A stretch of 64,000 bases of DNA. Origin: Lama guanicoe. Taxonomy: Eukaryota. A program made the translations under genes and the position numbers. The stretch lies in assembly GCA_013239625.1 (NCBI GenBank), contig MU053304.1, positions 62,001-126,000 on the forward strand. Direction: 5' to 3'. Below are positions 63,437 to 64,000 of the stretch, one piece after another. Position 1 is the stretch's first letter, and each line of letters begins with the position of its first letter. The notes under the pieces were generated by a model. The model was not told the origin of the DNA. It ran no database searches and saw only the letters and a program-made list of their open reading frames with translations.

Positions 63437-63712
63437 TTCATCTGTCAACAGGCATTTAGGTTGCTTCCATGTGTTGGCTACTATAATCAGTGCTGCTATG
63501 AACACCGGGGTGCACATATCTTTTTGAATTAGAGTTTTCATCTTTTCTGGATATAAGCCCAGGAGTGGGATTGCTGGGTCATATGGTAAGTCAATATTCA
63601 GTTTTTTTAAGGAACCTCTATACTGTTCTCCATAGTGACTGCACCAACTTACACACCTACCAGCAGTGTAGGAGGGTCCTTTTATCTCCACACCCTCTCC
63701 AGCATTTATTTG
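63437..63712 (-). mobile_element. Younger L1 ORF2-end fragment
   Basis: Minus ORF reads [14 protein letters not shown]...CTPVFIAAL...WKQPKC. Confidence 0.85.
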
Positions 63713-64000
63713 TCTGGTGTTTCTTTGCAGAATAGAGGGAGCTTCTAGTGTTAGTTATAATAGATAATTCCCATTTTTTGGTTCAGAACTTGTACTCACA
63801 ATTATGTTCATATATTAAGTCATCTTATAACTTCCCCTTTTCTCCAAACAATTGTGAAGCTAATCTTTATGGGCTCAATTTTTAAAATTTTCTCCTTTTC
63901 TATATTATAAGCACTTAAAGCTATAAAAATCTCCAAGTGTTATTAGCTGCATCCTTGCACATTCCGTGACCTTTACGTATGCTTACTTTTACCAAAATTT

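Larger units (their letters stand above)
1..64000 (-). other. DIS3L2: Internal portion of the DIS3L2 gene (introns equivalent to human 10-13 plus three coding exons)
   Basis: Three collinear minus-strand exons splice in frame into RNB-domain sequence. The flanking exons (equivalents of 10 and 14) were not found in the window, so both window ends are inferred to be intronic. Confidence 0.9.

Noticed and set aside
1..64000. The many 60-213 aa ORFs in the track as genes
   Set aside because: They are expected noise in mammalian intron. Only those overlapping DIS3L2 exons or L1 ORF2 relics have recognisable homology.
1..64000. Prokaryotic systems (CRISPR arrays, operons, defence islands)
   Set aside because: The sequence is mammalian intron/exon DNA, with no regularly spaced repeats or dense coding.
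42600..64000. DIS3L2 exon 10 equivalent (catalytic TIDP..ARDLDDAL motif)
   Set aside because: Not found by eye on the minus strand. It probably lies beyond the window end, so its absence is not evidence of loss.

Overview
This is mammalian genomic DNA, not prokaryotic. The tRNA-derived SINEs resemble camelid Vic-1, so the source is probably alpaca, llama or camel. The whole window appears to lie inside DIS3L2 (RNB-family 3'-5' exoribonuclease) on the minus strand. Three coding exons are present with canonical AG/GT borders and a continuous frame: 42487-42599 (113 bp), 27221-27328 (108 bp) and 8751-8984 (234 bp); their sizes match human exons 11-13 as I recall them. The rest is intron rich in transposon relics: L1, L2, MIR, SINEs, hAT-Charlie elements, MaLR LTRs and ERV1 LTRs. 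Most entries in the ORF track are noise. I found no evidence for a new protein-coding system. The most unusual structures are: (1) a 2.14-kb ERV1 relic with a dead env ISD, bounded at both ends by U5-type termini in inverted orientation (103/127 identical) and flanked by a 4-bp direct repeat; (2) a chimeric young/old L1 inside a single 17-bp TSD; (3) four 5'-inverted (twin-primed) L1 insertions, two of them adjacent and forming a ~510-bp inverted repeat. Repeat family names come from recalled consensus sequences, not from a database search, and most repeat boundaries are approximate.
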